A DNA stretch of 64,000 nucleotides from Sphagnum compactum (taxonomy: Eukaryota). Each line of letters starts with the position of its first letter. The stretch's first letter is position 1. Shown piece by piece: positions 42,201 through 54,327 of the stretch. Position numbers and translations under genes: made by a program. The stretch covers positions 744,001 through 808,000 of the forward strand of contig OZ234493.1 in NCBI GenBank assembly GCA_965153455.1. Direction: 5' to 3'. A model generated the notes under the pieces. The model was not told where the DNA came from and ran no database searches. It saw only the letters and a program-made list of their open reading frames with translations.

Positions 42201-42929
42201 TCTTAGTGCTGTTTGCCTTTGCAGCTGCTGATGTGTTTGTATACAAATGTCTTCTTGGGTCCAAGTGCCAGATGATAGTGTGATAGTCACTTGTTTCTGG
42301 TTGCGGAAAAACAAGCTCATCTGCCCCACAAAACACCATGACTGTTCCCCTTAGTATTTCCTCACAAACACAACTTGTAAGCAAGTCTGCTTTCAAAGAA
42401 TCTTCAAGAGCAGACTGGGAATCACATTTTTCATTTCTGGGCGACGCATCCCCAAGCAGCCCAACCAGAAAGTCTATATACTATATATCAGATGCTTACT
42501 GCGATGGAAGATGCAGCGGTAAGGAAGTGTACACAGACTTCCGTTCAGTGCAAAGAAGTTGAGACTCCATTCTACTAGAAACCCCACAAAGCTCAAGGGC
42601 TTGTCACACTTCCACAGCAGCTTCATGCAAATCAGGGATACTTTTTGCTGCCAACTGGTCTTCTTGTCGCTTTTCTTGGCGGCCGTGATCTTGGTAGGGT
42701 GCCCATGCTTTATGGTTGCTGCCAGAGCTGCGGTCCTCCTCTTGGGATGAGCTGCTACATAGTGGGTCACCTGATCATCTTGTCCATCGTCATGCTCCGT
42801 CTTCATCTGGTGAACCTTGTTGTTGTCATCCTCATCTAGTCCATCTTCGTGGAACCTTTGCATGTGGTGGTGATGCCCCTTATGATCGCGGTGCTCTGCC
42901 AGCATTCCATTTCCTTGGACGGAAGCCAT
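39283..42929 (-). CDS. Class-3 triacylglycerol lipase, OBL1 (oil-body lipase)-like, ~586 aa
   Basis: Exons 42929-42500, 42320-42073, 41084-41051, 40695-40427, 40295-39846, 39612-39283 (1761 nt, GT-AG). Motifs MASKLAYEN, VVAWRGTE.F..DW.TD.D.SW, VHLGF, GHSLGGALA, YTYGQPRVGD, NDIVPRVP, AHSP.NYVNAVRLG. Confidence 0.92.
41527..41947. repeat. 36-bp minisatellite (TGAGCAATTGAAACCTTGCACCTTGACTTCTCACTA, ~9 copies) with a 181-bp higher-order duplication, in lipase intron 2
   Basis: The same insert CAACTCTCAAAAATGAATCCCTCCAACTTGTGAGGGTG occurs at ~41633 and ~41814. An inverted partial unit closes the array. Confidence 0.9.
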
Positions 42930-43430
42930 GTTTTGATGTCCTCTCAACAACAAAACTTAGTTTTGTAGAAAGCTAAGAGATATTCTGTATGCAGCCAAAA
43001 CAAAAGACGTTTTGTTAGGAGTATTCCAGCCACCCGTCGACGTGACTGCACGAATGGCCTTGGGGATTATCGTAGGCGAGTGTGAACGGATGAGTGAAAC
43101 ACAAGAGAAAAAACATAAGAGAATCAGCTGCAATGAAGCAAAGGCTTTTAAGCCTGGATATCATATGATAACATGAACCTGGACAAAACCTGGATCTGAT
43201 GAGAAAGCTGAGCATTCAAGAATACGAGCTCTCGAATGAGGGGGGGCGGAGCTCAGTTATCATGTCAATAAAGCTGGCAAAACTTTAGGGATGTTTAGAG
43301 TACTGATTCATTCGGAGAAGAAAAAAACAAGACTCGACCTTGATCTCGACAAATATATACAACAGAGAAAGACATGACGATCTTTAACTCGTGAAGCTCG
43401 CTAGCAAGTTTTGTAGAAGATTTGTAGAGA

Positions 43431-43700
43431 AAAAGCTGCTAAAACCCAAGCAAATTCTTCCCAACAATCTTCTTTCTAAAGGGGAAAACAAAAGCTACTA
43501 AACCCAAGCAACTTCCTACCAACAATTGACTTCTTTCTCAAGGGAAAAAACAAAAGCTGGTAATCCCAAGCAAACTCTTACCAACAGTCTTCTTTCTAAA
43601 GGGGGGAAAAAAAAAAAGCTGCTAAACCCAAGCAAATCGATACCAACAATAGACTTCCTTTTAAAGGGAAACAACAAAAGCTGCTAAACCCGAGCAAATT
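43431..43700. repeat. ~60-bp tandem repeat (AAAAGCTGCTAAACCCAAGCAAA...CTTCTTTCTAAAGGGG), 4.5 copies with alternating variants, upstream of the lipase ATG
   Basis: Copies start at ~43431, 43490, 43553, 43614 and 43676. Confidence 0.85.
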
Positions 43701-44578
43701 CTGTTTTCGGATTCCTTAATCTGACTTGCAGCTTCAGATCAAATCAAACATTGAGCCTCTTCTTTTTGGCGGGATTGTATGAATATTGCACGTCTGCACT
43801 CTTCTAGACCAATAATAGCTCAAAAAGACAATATTTAAGTGAATACATAAGCAAGGATTTGTTAAGAAGATAAACACAAACCTCAAAAACATCCGACAAA
43901 ACAAAACCGTGATAATAAGGAAAGCCTGCTTTCTGCTGCTCACGTACTCTTTCTCCGGGCGTGTTGATGCAAATACCTGCAAAGCAAAAGACGAATATGA
44001 AAAGACTAGCTTTGTGTTTTGCAGCTCACAAGGACCTTGCAGGAAGTACTTGATCCTGATTGCTGAGTTTTTTCTTCGGTTGAAATCTGGCAGGAACAAA
44101 GAAGATGAGTAAAGCAGTTGTTTCGCTTCACTGGACTCGCCGCCTTTTTTTACCGATGAAGACTCAAAAACACGCTCTTGAACCCCCAAAAATAAAAGTA
44201 AAACAAGATTTTGTTGTAAACAATGACTTTTCCTTTCCAATCTCACAAAGATTTCTCCCACCCGGAAACTTCACCTATTCTCCAAAAGTTTGTGAGATCG
44301 ATTGGAGCGCCAATATCTTTTTGTTTTTTTTTTCAAATTCCATCCTCAGACAGCATAGCCTTATCAACAATATTGCCACGATACCAAAACATACTGGCAC
44401 ATGTTAGGGGAAAAGAGTTGTGTCTTTGTGTGTGTGTGTGTGTGCACGGGCTTTTTCTTAAATGGGCTTGATGGTTGTGTCACACCAATAAAGATGGGTA
44501 GAACAATAATAAGTTTTGATCTTAAGGTTTAATATTCATCTTATCTAAGACAAATAGGTCTTATTTTATGTACAAGGT

Positions 44579-44892
44579 TTTTTCTTTATGTGCAATTTTT
44601 GTGATGGCGAAAATTTGGCGAACTTTTCAAAACAAACTAGCAAAAGTACTTGAATTTTCGCTGGGGGGGAAAAAAAAAAATCCCATTTTTTTGTTCAGAA
44701 AAAGAACACCACTTATTTATAGCAAATGGGACCTTTTTTCTTTATGTGCAATTTTTGTGATGAATTTGGCAAACTTTTCAAAAAAAAAAACTAACAAAAC
44801 GAGTTGAATTTTCGTGCTTTGGAAAAAAAAGAAATCACAATTTTTTGTTCAGAAAAAAAGAACACCACTTATTTATGGCAAATGGGACCTTA
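44579..44892. repeat. ~155-bp direct tandem duplication
   Basis: TTTTCTTTATGTGCAATTTTTGTGATG...AGAACACCACTTATTTAT.GCAAATGGGACCT is present twice. Confidence 0.8.
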
Positions 44893-45079
44893 TTTTGAGA
44901 TTGATTGAGTACTTTTGAACTCTAAACTTTTTTTTCTTTTTTCTTAGTTTTTGTTTAGGATGTCAAATTTCAGACCTTATTTGAAGGTAATGTTTCTTTC
45001 ACTTAATGTTAAGGCTCATCTTAATGAGATGTTGGAGATTAGCCAGTTGACAATTTGCGTTACCTACAACTGTAGTGTG

Positions 45080-45540
45080 CAATCACTTCATGAGCACATG
45101 CAAGGTAATAAGTCAAAAGTGGAGGTCGCCTGTACAGCTATTTGGTCAGCACATGACACCGGATAACGTCAAAGTGGACGTCATGTACAAGCTATTTCAT
45201 CAGCACATGCCACCTGATAAAGTCAAAGTGGAAGTCATGGGCATCGTGGAGATGACTAGTGAGAGAGCTGTAGCAGCTCTTGCAGCAGAGGCAGCAGAGG
45301 GAGAGGAGGAACTCAATCAAGGCTACCATTGCCTGATGAAATCCCTCTCAAGATATTTCCCACAATTGCATGGTCAAATCTATGGGTAGTTTTGGCTTTT
45401 ACTTGTTCTCCTGCAGCAGTTATAGCAGAGGTAGAGGGAGGAACTAAATTGAGGCAATTGATGCCCAATGCAGTTCAAGCTCTCACGATTGGAGCATGAT
45501 TGGCATATTCATGTGTAGTTTTGGCTTTTGCTTCTTATTC
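45080..45540. repeat. Three ~54-bp copies (CAGCACATG...GTCAAAGTGGA.GTC) followed by two diverged ~130-bp copies (GCAGCAG...GAGGAACT...GTAGTTTTGGCTTTT)
   Basis: Direct inspection. Confidence 0.7.
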
Positions 45541-47163
45541 TTCCCTTGGTCCAAGAAGCTTCAATAATTTGTACTGTTTCCTTCATTTGTTTGATGTAGT
45601 TACAAGCTTGGAGCTCGTCCCTGAAGATCGCTGGTCTGCCAACATGCATATTCCGTGTCTCAGGTCAAGATTTGAGGAATTGCTGACCTTGGGGGCATCC
45701 TTGCTCAAAGTGATGCATCTGTTTCCCAGTTCCCTAACCTTGGAGTGGGGACCAAGGGAGGAGGGGAAAATGTGAGAGCGTGACTTGGGAGGCCATCAAG
45801 GTGAACACAGTGCATGTCTGCCATCTCTGCACAAAAGCAAAAAACAAGCCAAATTTTCTTGCAAAGAATAGCATAAGGTGATAAGCAGTGAAATCAAGGG
45901 AAACACACAGGAAAGAGAAAAAAGAAGGAAACTTACAGTTCACACACAGAGAGCATTTCCTTTAAATGCTATTCAAGACAAGCAGTACTTGAAGCATCCA
46001 AAAAAACAAACAGCCAAAGCACCAGCAGCTTTGAACCCTACAACTGCCGATAAAACTTGACAACACTTTGAACATAACTATTCTGTAAGCTCCAGCAAAA
46101 TCAAACCCAACATTGATGAGAATAAGTGATGAACTTCTGAGTGTCACTCACAAAATATCAGACCCATCACCTTCATCATATGAACAGCAGTGACTACCTA
46201 TCATGACTTCCCACTGACTTCATCAGTGGACAGGTGCAGATAAGCATATCATAATCTGCACAAAATTTCAGGCAAACAATAATGCAGAAATCTACTTCCT
46301 AAATTCCTGTCACGTTCCAGAAGCAAGGGGATGTTCACTAACAAACTCAAGAGACCTTTGCGCAGTAGTGCAAAAACCTCTGAGAACAACAGCAGCAGCA
46401 GCAACAAAGACGTTCCTAAAAACAGCACCATGCATGCAAGCTGGACTGGTGGCAAGGCTTAAGTGACTGCCAGTTCAGAGGTGCTCTGAACAGAAATGTG
46501 GAGCGCATTACTTCAAATATTGTCCTGTTAGAAAGCCCCAGACAGTTTTACGAACCCAAAAGGAAGAAGACACAGCCCTGATCGTCAATACTTTACCTAT
46601 TTTTCATAGCTGTAGGATCCAACATAGTTAACGCTCTCAGCATGGAGTAGCGCAAATAGCCGACCTATCAACCACAACATTAGAAGATCGTACTAGCATC
46701 AAAGCCAAAACCCTTGTAATACGGATCATTTCTCAATCATTCCACATCATACTATACTCATATGATGGCGATTGAAGAGGAATGGTTCTGTGCAGTCTGC
46801 TTTGCACCTGGAACCCCAACTCATCACATTCTGTTATCCAAACAAATTCCTTCATCAGGCGTTTACTGCTCACTTCAGATGTAACAAATTGCAAGTTGCC
46901 TCCATTAGCATACCAATCAGACACATCATCATACAGGTACTCCATACACTCCTTGGGTCTGAACTCTGAAACACTGCCAGGAGTTTGCAGTTTGTGAACA
47001 TATTGAGTGCCAAAACTAGGCTGTCTTTTTGTACCAGATATGCAAATCTGTGAATTTGAGCAAGAGCAGGAGTACAAAGTGGCCACAATCAAAGCCTGGC
47101 AAAGGGAAGGAGCTACACACTTCTCAGAGTACAAACTTGCCTGAATTCCTAACATCTTGCACT

Positions 47164-48798
47164 TTACCTGTCATCATCTCCCTCACCATCTTCTTCAGCA
47201 TTTTCTACCTCGGCATCTGAAGCAGCTCCACCACTTTCATGAACTCCATGATCACCCTCAGAAACCTCTCTCTGATCCCCAGCTGTGTCTTCTTCCTCAT
47301 CACTTTCATTGTGTCGCTCCCCACTGTCTTGCCGGCTATGATGCTCCTTCTCTTGATCAATGGAGTGTGTCAAGGAAAAAGCAGCCTGGTGGTGTCGTCC
47401 ATCATCACTCCCAGCTTCATCAGATGACTCTCCCACCTCCACCAGAGCTCTATGGAGCATTTCTTCATGTTCTTTCGCTTTGAGTCTCACACTCTCCAGC
47501 TTCTCAAGATCTTCTTCCTGCTCCAGTTCATCTACCTCCTTTACAAATGCTGCCAAATCCGGAATCTGTATTGCAACAGCACGGCCAGTTTTCCAGTCAG
47601 ACCCATTCGTCTGTGCTTCCCCACCTGGTCCTCCTCTCCCAGGCCTCGCTGGGTGGCCAGAAGAAAAAGGAGCCATTTTCTCATGCAAGCCAGCTGGCCT
47701 CCCTCTCTGGCCACCCTTTGCTCTTCCTGCTGATACCTTTCCACCTCGTTTCAGGCCTCGCCCTGCACCCCTGCCTACTGATGATGCTGGCATAGTAGGT
47801 GCAGCCTTCCCATCAAGCAAAACAGGGGGTCCTTCAATCCATTTGACATCCTTTTTGTCCATTCCCTTCAGATCAATCCACTCCCATGTCTCCTGGGGTG
47901 TACTCATGTCATAAACAAGCAAGTGCAAGTGCTTCACACGGTCATAATCTGTCACCACTGCCTCATAGAAGGTGTTATCTTCTGGCCATCGTGTCATAAC
48001 TCTGCGGCCAACCCATGGATCAGTGTGCATATCTGAAGGGCCTGCACCTATATGGTTGCTCCAAGGTGCATTGCCCCTCCCAGCATTACTCCCTCTTCCC
48101 ATTGGAGGTGCAGGTTTCAGTGTGGCCACTGGTGGACCCACTGACCCTTTACTCCTGGTTTTCTTCCCTCTCGGACCTCCTCCAGTGCCAGGAGCCGGAG
48201 AAGACAAGGCAGTTCCAGTGATGGGAGCTTGTTTGAGCAAAGGGGGTGGTGGAGGGGGGGGGAGGGTTTGAACAGAATGACCTGTTTTTTGCTTCTTCCG
48301 GGACTGTGAGACAGCAGGGCTTGGTGCTGGGTCATGGGAAAGGATGGGAAGGCCTGTACCTTCTCCCAGCTGCCTCCATTCCCGGATTTGCCGCAATGTG
48401 TCATCTGATGCAACTCTTCCAAGAAGCTCCCGGTGCTGTTCATCAGCAACTCGAAGCTCCTTTCGCAAATCTGACATAAGCCGCTCCTTGGTCCATGTAA
48501 TAACCTCTGACTGAGCCCCAAATGCCCTAAGAACTGCTGTGTATGCATCAAGCTCAAGATTGCGGATCTGCTGCTCAAGAGAGGCCGCAGTGCCTCCAGA
48601 CTTGCCATTTCCACTTGGACGACCTTTTCTTGTCATCCGACCAAGGTGTGTTGGAGGAAGGTCCTCATCATCTGTGCCATCACTGTCAGACTTATTATAA
48701 ACCATCCTCGTGCTGTTCAGGGTTGGATCCAAAATTTTGTTGCACTCTTTTCTGTCAAATCCAAAGGTTGCCCAGAAGTTAGAGCATGACTGCTTCAT
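47164..48798 (-). CDS. EML: EMSY-LIKE protein (ENT domain + Agenet/Tudor domain), intronless CDS
   Basis: Open 544-aa ORF. The homolog-like start is MVYNKSDSDGTDDEDLPP (ATG 48705). ENT: QIRNLELDAYTAVLRAFGAQSEVITWTKERLMSDLRKELRVADEQHRELL. Agenet: VGRRVMTRWPEDNTFYEAVVTDYD..HLLVYD..T..ETWEWIDL. Probable 5'UTR intron 49436-48839. Confidence 0.93.
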   Translation of the reverse strand: MKQSCSNFWATFGFDRKECNKILDPTLNSTRMVYNKSDSDGTDDEDLPPTHLGRMTRKGRPSGNGKSGGTAASLEQQIRNLELDAYTAVLRAFGAQSEVITWTKERLMSDLRKELRVADEQHRELLGRVASDDTLRQIREWRQLGEGTGLPILSHDPAPSPAVSQSRKKQKTGHSVQTLPPPPPPPLLKQAPITGTALSSPAPGTGGGPRGKKTRSKGSVGPPVATLKPAPPMGRGSNAGRGNAPWSNHIGAGPSDMHTDPWVGRRVMTRWPEDNTFYEAVVTDYDRVKHLHLLVYDMSTPQETWEWIDLKGMDKKDVKWIEGPPVLLDGKAAPTMPASSVGRGAGRGLKRGGKVSAGRAKGGQRGRPAGLHEKMAPFSSGHPARPGRGGPGGEAQTNGSDWKTGRAVAIQIPDLAAFVKEVDELEQEEDLEKLESVRLKAKEHEEMLHRALVEVGESSDEAGSDDGRHHQAAFSLTHSIDQEKEHHSRQDSGERHNESDEEEDTAGDQREVSEGDHGVHESGGAASDAEVENAEEDGEGDDDR

Positions 48799-50775
48799 CT
48801 CTCAACTAACCTTTATGACCTATCAGACATTGATAATCCTGTGCATCTCAACTTGCTAGAATCTCTTCATTATTCAATTTCTTCATCTTTCCAACCTTTT
48901 TGATACCAGTGCCCTGGTCAAAGATTTATTCTTCAATACAAACCCTCCTTTTCAGACTCATTACATTAACCCTACACTGCTGTAATCAACCTCATGTGCT
49001 TCTTGTCCAAAACGAGACTTCAGGAGAACCTGGGTAGGTCTGCAGAAATAAAAGTCTTTGCAAGAAAATTCCCACAACGGCACTATCATGATAACTTCCC
49101 CACAAGTCCTTCCAGTATTTGGAAGCGATACTCTTGCTTTTTAGTATATCCCAGACGAGTGCGGTCTGGAATCCAACAGAGAAGAAGCTCCATGGCTGTG
49201 CGTAAGGGAAGTGACAAAGAAGTATGGCTACAGAAACAAAACCTTAAACGTCCCTGGAGCATACATAAGTAAACAAAACCACTAACCATGGGGGCAACGA
49301 AGCGGACCACCGCGAGACGGCTATAGTGTAATCTCCAAAACCCCAATACGAGGGTTAGGCTGGGCCGTGCGTAGGAGCATTACAAAACACAAGTGCAGAG
49401 CGAAGAAGAAAAACCGTTTGGACGGTGTGTACGCACCTTGACCCTTGCTGACAAAGAGGAGAAAGAGAAGCTCCCTCGGTTGCCGACAGAGCTTCCTCCA
49501 CCCAAACTCCGGATTCCGGAGACTGGAATCTTAGGTGCGTACCTCCTTCATCGCAAGTTTAAATAAGAGAAAGGGGAACTGCCGCAACCGGAGTTCGCAC
49601 ATAATAGCCCTTTGCTTGCCTCAGAGGTCTCTTCCAGACAGTCGGACTGGCCGCCGAAGGCTTCCACGAGTCTCACGCGCGCTCCATGCAAGAGACACAG
49701 AAGTCATAGACAAAAGCTTGAATAGCCGAGAATCATCGCTAGGGTTAGTGCTTCATAACATACGAGCTACCAACACAAAAAGCCCTAACTATGGTACAGA
49801 GACCCCACCCCGTCCAGCCAGAATTAAAAAAAACACTGGTTCTAGTGCAGCGAATTTCTGAGTACAAAGTAGCTCGCTCTCTGCGTGAAACTGCAGCGCT
49901 GAACCGACTGACAATAGAAGAAGAGTATGGGGTAGAGAAGCAAGTGCAAGCGCTCATGCAGGACTAGGCCGGGGTCGGATCATCAGAGCGCCATCGCCCC
50001 ATCGCGGCAACGACGCTCTTCGCCTCTCTCGCCCGGCCTACGGATTGGCAACCTGGGCCGCAATTTGGATGAAAAAAAATCTACTATTATTTTCTCATCC
50101 GTCCAAATCAGGGCCTGGCTGGCCATCACACTGTTGGAATGACAACGTACTACCATACCAACTATTTCCATCCACAAATCGACGACCATCGACCAACATC
50201 GAAGCTGTTACGGATGAAAATGTGTGTTTTGTCATCTACCGAGAGGTATGATTTCGTCATTGGTTTTTTGATTAGTGATATTCCAGATCCGACATATTGA
50301 CGAATTTCATCAAGTTCTCATCCGAAATAGTTGAAAATGTTGGAACAAATACTCTTATTTTGCATCCATTGTTGTCTGTGGTTTGCTAGTGTCTCCATTT
50401 GAACAGAATGAACCACATCCCAACTTCAACATCCAAAATACCCATGGATTATTAATGAAAGTTGCATCAACCAATTCATTTGCAAGACGATCCATCTACA
50501 ACTACATCCATCTTGGACACATTTGCCAAATAAAATATCATCCCCTTAATGAATGGAAAGAAACCCCTCAACACCATACATAGCAAGCAAATGACTAATG
50601 TTGATTGAAAAATTTCAGGCATCTAAAAGATTGAATTTTTCACCAAGAAGAATACCATACCTATGACCAATAATCAACACTTCTTTGCTGAATATTTACT
50701 GGTGGGTACCTGTGACCTTTGCTCCGCAAATTTTGCTTTGATGTCTATGCGGGGAGACGGAGGATCCAGTGAGCG

Positions 50776-50880
50776 TGTGTCTCTCCGTCATCACGACCCG
50801 CACCTGGCGTTGGAATATTTCAAGTCAGGTGTCTCTCCGTCACCACGACCCACACCTGGCGTTCAAACATTTCAGGTCAA
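50776..50880. repeat. 52-bp direct duplication (GTGTCTCTCCGTCA.CACGACCC.CACCTGGCGTT...TTTCA.GTCA)
   Basis: Two copies at ~50777 and ~50829. Confidence 0.8.
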
Positions 50881-53589
50881 TTACGATTCATTTCGAGATC
50901 TCGTTTCTGTCAGCTACGTCGATTGGTCAAAATAAACTATGTTTTCCCCATCTGGGTATATTTAGAGGTCGACCGGTTCTGCCAAACCCCTTTCTCAAGC
51001 CCTATCACAGACAGACAAGTGAATTAATATTTTTTTTTTATTATAAAAAAACAAGAGGTTTGGTAATTTTAAATTTATTTTTTTTAAATTTCAACAATCG
51101 AAGAATAAGTATGCAAATTATACCTTGAGTTGTGTAATTCTAATAAAATAAACCAATGTTTAGGACAATAAACAATTTTTCACAAGTTGAGAATTCAATT
51201 CTCAACAATTCAACAAATATAATTAATATTTTTTTCATTTTCTTTCGACGAGACCTTTTGAGATTTATTTTGTGATGAACATTAGTTGTCAGTTTAAGTA
51301 ACTTATGTAGATTTGAAACATTTTATTCTTTGGTAGTTTTTATAGTACATGTGACAATTAGGATAGACTCCTTTCTTAGGCCTATATTTTGTCTTGTTGT
51401 TTAGAAATTTTATTAATTTTTTTGGCAAGAAATTCAATCATTTCATGAATTCATTACACATTTACAAAGCAATCTACAAGACTTCACACCATTAAACCAT
51501 GTTTCTACCGATAACCACAAACAAAGGAGCCACAAATCCATCTAATAAGCAAAGTTTGATGCAAGAACATGTTCAAAGTTTAGAGATTTTGTGGATCAAA
51601 TGCCTTGGATAATTTGATTTTATTTTCATGGTTATTCAAATTACACTTAGCCCACGTTGAACTCATTGTACATTCCTACTAAACATGGTTGAAGCTTGCA
51701 AGCTCGCACCTTTATGGCAAGGTTTCCATTGTGCAACAATTTTGAATCGTTTTTCTTAAATTTGATGTAACTTTTCGGGATTTTAGAAAGGATAGCAAAT
51801 CCACCAAAAACTTGTGGTATCTCTAGCAAAGATCATGCATATGCCAACATCACCATTGTCAACATCATCATGAATGATTTCATCCATGAACATCTATTTT
51901 TCATCCATAATAAATATTTTTCATTTGATGGATGAAAATTCATTCATCATTGTTCATTTTCCATCCATAATTTAATTCATTCAACATCATTCATATTTAA
52001 TCCATAATGGATGAAATTCATCCATCATAATTCATTTTTCATCCATATTTTTTAGTTAATTTGTCATTTATTCATAATTTTTGTAAAATCTCATGAAAGT
52101 TCTTTGGACAATGGCCATATAAAAATTTCCATGGAAATTTTTTTGAATTAAGTCCCCAAAAGAGTATAATCAAAAGTAGGACTCCTCATTTACATTCAAT
52201 TTGTTCAACATTAATATGAAATACAATTTTGCACCATAAACTTATTTACTTCATTTCATGTTCTTCTTTTCATATCTTATTAGAATAAAAATGTATTTAA
52301 ACGTTTTGTCTTATACATTTCATGTTCTTTCCTTTTTTTTATCTTTTATGTTTAAATTTAAAATTAAGCCTATTTTTACATAGTTTGTTTTGGTTTTTAT
52401 GGACCTTGAAACTCTTTTTGTTTCCATAATTTTTGTGCTTGTGACACCTAGCCATTATGTATGTATCTGAATTTAAACAATTAACTTATGGCACCTCATG
52501 GGACAAAATTGAATCTATGAATTTGAATATGGGTTACATAACATGGATTTGTTGTTCACAATGTTGGACCAACCTTAGCCAAGCCATTGCACAAGCTTTT
52601 TCAATGTGATAATATATTTTTTGAACAACATCAAGAAAGGCATTTGGAACCATTATTGACACAAAAAAATTTACATCTCCCATGCTAGCCCAACCACTAG
52701 TGACTCAAATGCCAAGAGATGACCCTATATTCAAGCCCCCCCATAAAGTAGGAAAATTAACAATATGCAAATAAACTATATTTGTATTGTGCACTTGGGG
52801 GGTCACTATGTGCTATTTTTTCCAACTACATGCATCAAAAAGAATATTATTTAAAGGGTATTATGTGAGAGAATTTTAAATTTTCCCACCTTGTTATTGT
52901 CTAAATTTTTAATATTCACATATTTAAACCACCCTGAACTTAGTTAAAATTTTATATTTACGTTGAATTTTTGCACATTACATTTGTTTGATTTTTTATT
53001 TTAATTGAGGTGTAAACAATGATGAAGTAAGTTGATTATGTGTGAATAAAGAAACATCATGCATGAAATGTTCAAATTGAATTCTAAAAACACGTCAATA
53101 AACATTTCAATACGAAGCCACATTTTAGATTATGACAACCATTTATGGCACCCAAAAAATCATTACAAACAACAAACATTTGGTTTGTTTCCATGGGAAA
53201 AATATACAAGCAAAAAGACCTTGTTTTTGGATTTTAGAATAAAAGCAACTAAAGTGTGCATTTCAACCCAAGTAAATGATCCACCTAATTATTACACCCA
53301 AGCTTTCATCAACTCATTTTCTTGACCAAGTAAACATCCGGTCATTAATATTACCTCCTTTACTTTGAACCTTTAATATAAATTATACCCTTTCCATCCT
53401 TCGAATTGAACCTAGTTATAACAACTAGTACCAAAGGTTCATGCATGTTGCAAAAAATGGAGGTCTACATTTTTAATATATGTTCTTCCAACATAAGACC
53501 CCAAACAACATAAATGATGAAATTCCTGTTCAATAGGAAGATTGCTAGGACATTATTGAGAAGAAAATTGTCAACACTTTAGGTTGGTG

Positions 53590-54288
53590 CATCAAGTATA
53601 AAATTACATGATTAACCTTGAAGAAGGTGCACAACCCTCAATTGGATACATTTATAATTTATTAGAAAATGAGCTTGTTGCAATTTGAAAGTACATCAAC
53701 CATGGAATGTGTAACCACTATTTTTTTATTTGTTTTTAAATGATAAACCAGTCAATTTGACAATTTTTGGTGCACTTAAAGGTGTAAACACAACAAATGG
53801 AACCACAAAGGGGTGTAGTGCTTTAGATTATAACTCTATATCTTTGGAAAATTACGAGGACAACACAATGATTTGGATTGTCAAATTTTGTTTTCGGGAG
53901 TAAATTGCATTACTTACAAAGTTTCAATTATTAAGATTTGATGCAATTGATGATCTTTGAAAAGTGTTTTTCCATGTTTAAAGCATTCAAAACCTTATTG
54001 TGGACCACTTGTGGACAATTATTTTTTCAAATTTTATTTTTCAATATCAAATGTGCACAATTATTTCTCAAATTTTGATAAGATTTTAATTTATTGATGA
54101 TTAAAAGCAAAACATAAGTTGAAGTTGGTGAATTTCTTGTTTATCACACATTTTGGCAGCTTTTGTTTAAATGTGTTTTTGCCCCTAAAAGTTATGAATT
54201 TTAAAAATGTGTCATCAACAAAATTTATTCATTTTTATGTGGTAAAAACATGAATGCATAATATACATGATATAGGATCAAGAAGTAT

Positions 54289-54327
<39 letters not shown>

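Noticed and set aside
47239..48782. Plus-strand ORFs antisense to EML (and similar ORFs antisense to tubulin, SWI3 and the TnpA-like ORF)
   Set aside because: Shadow ORFs of real coding sequence with no independent support.
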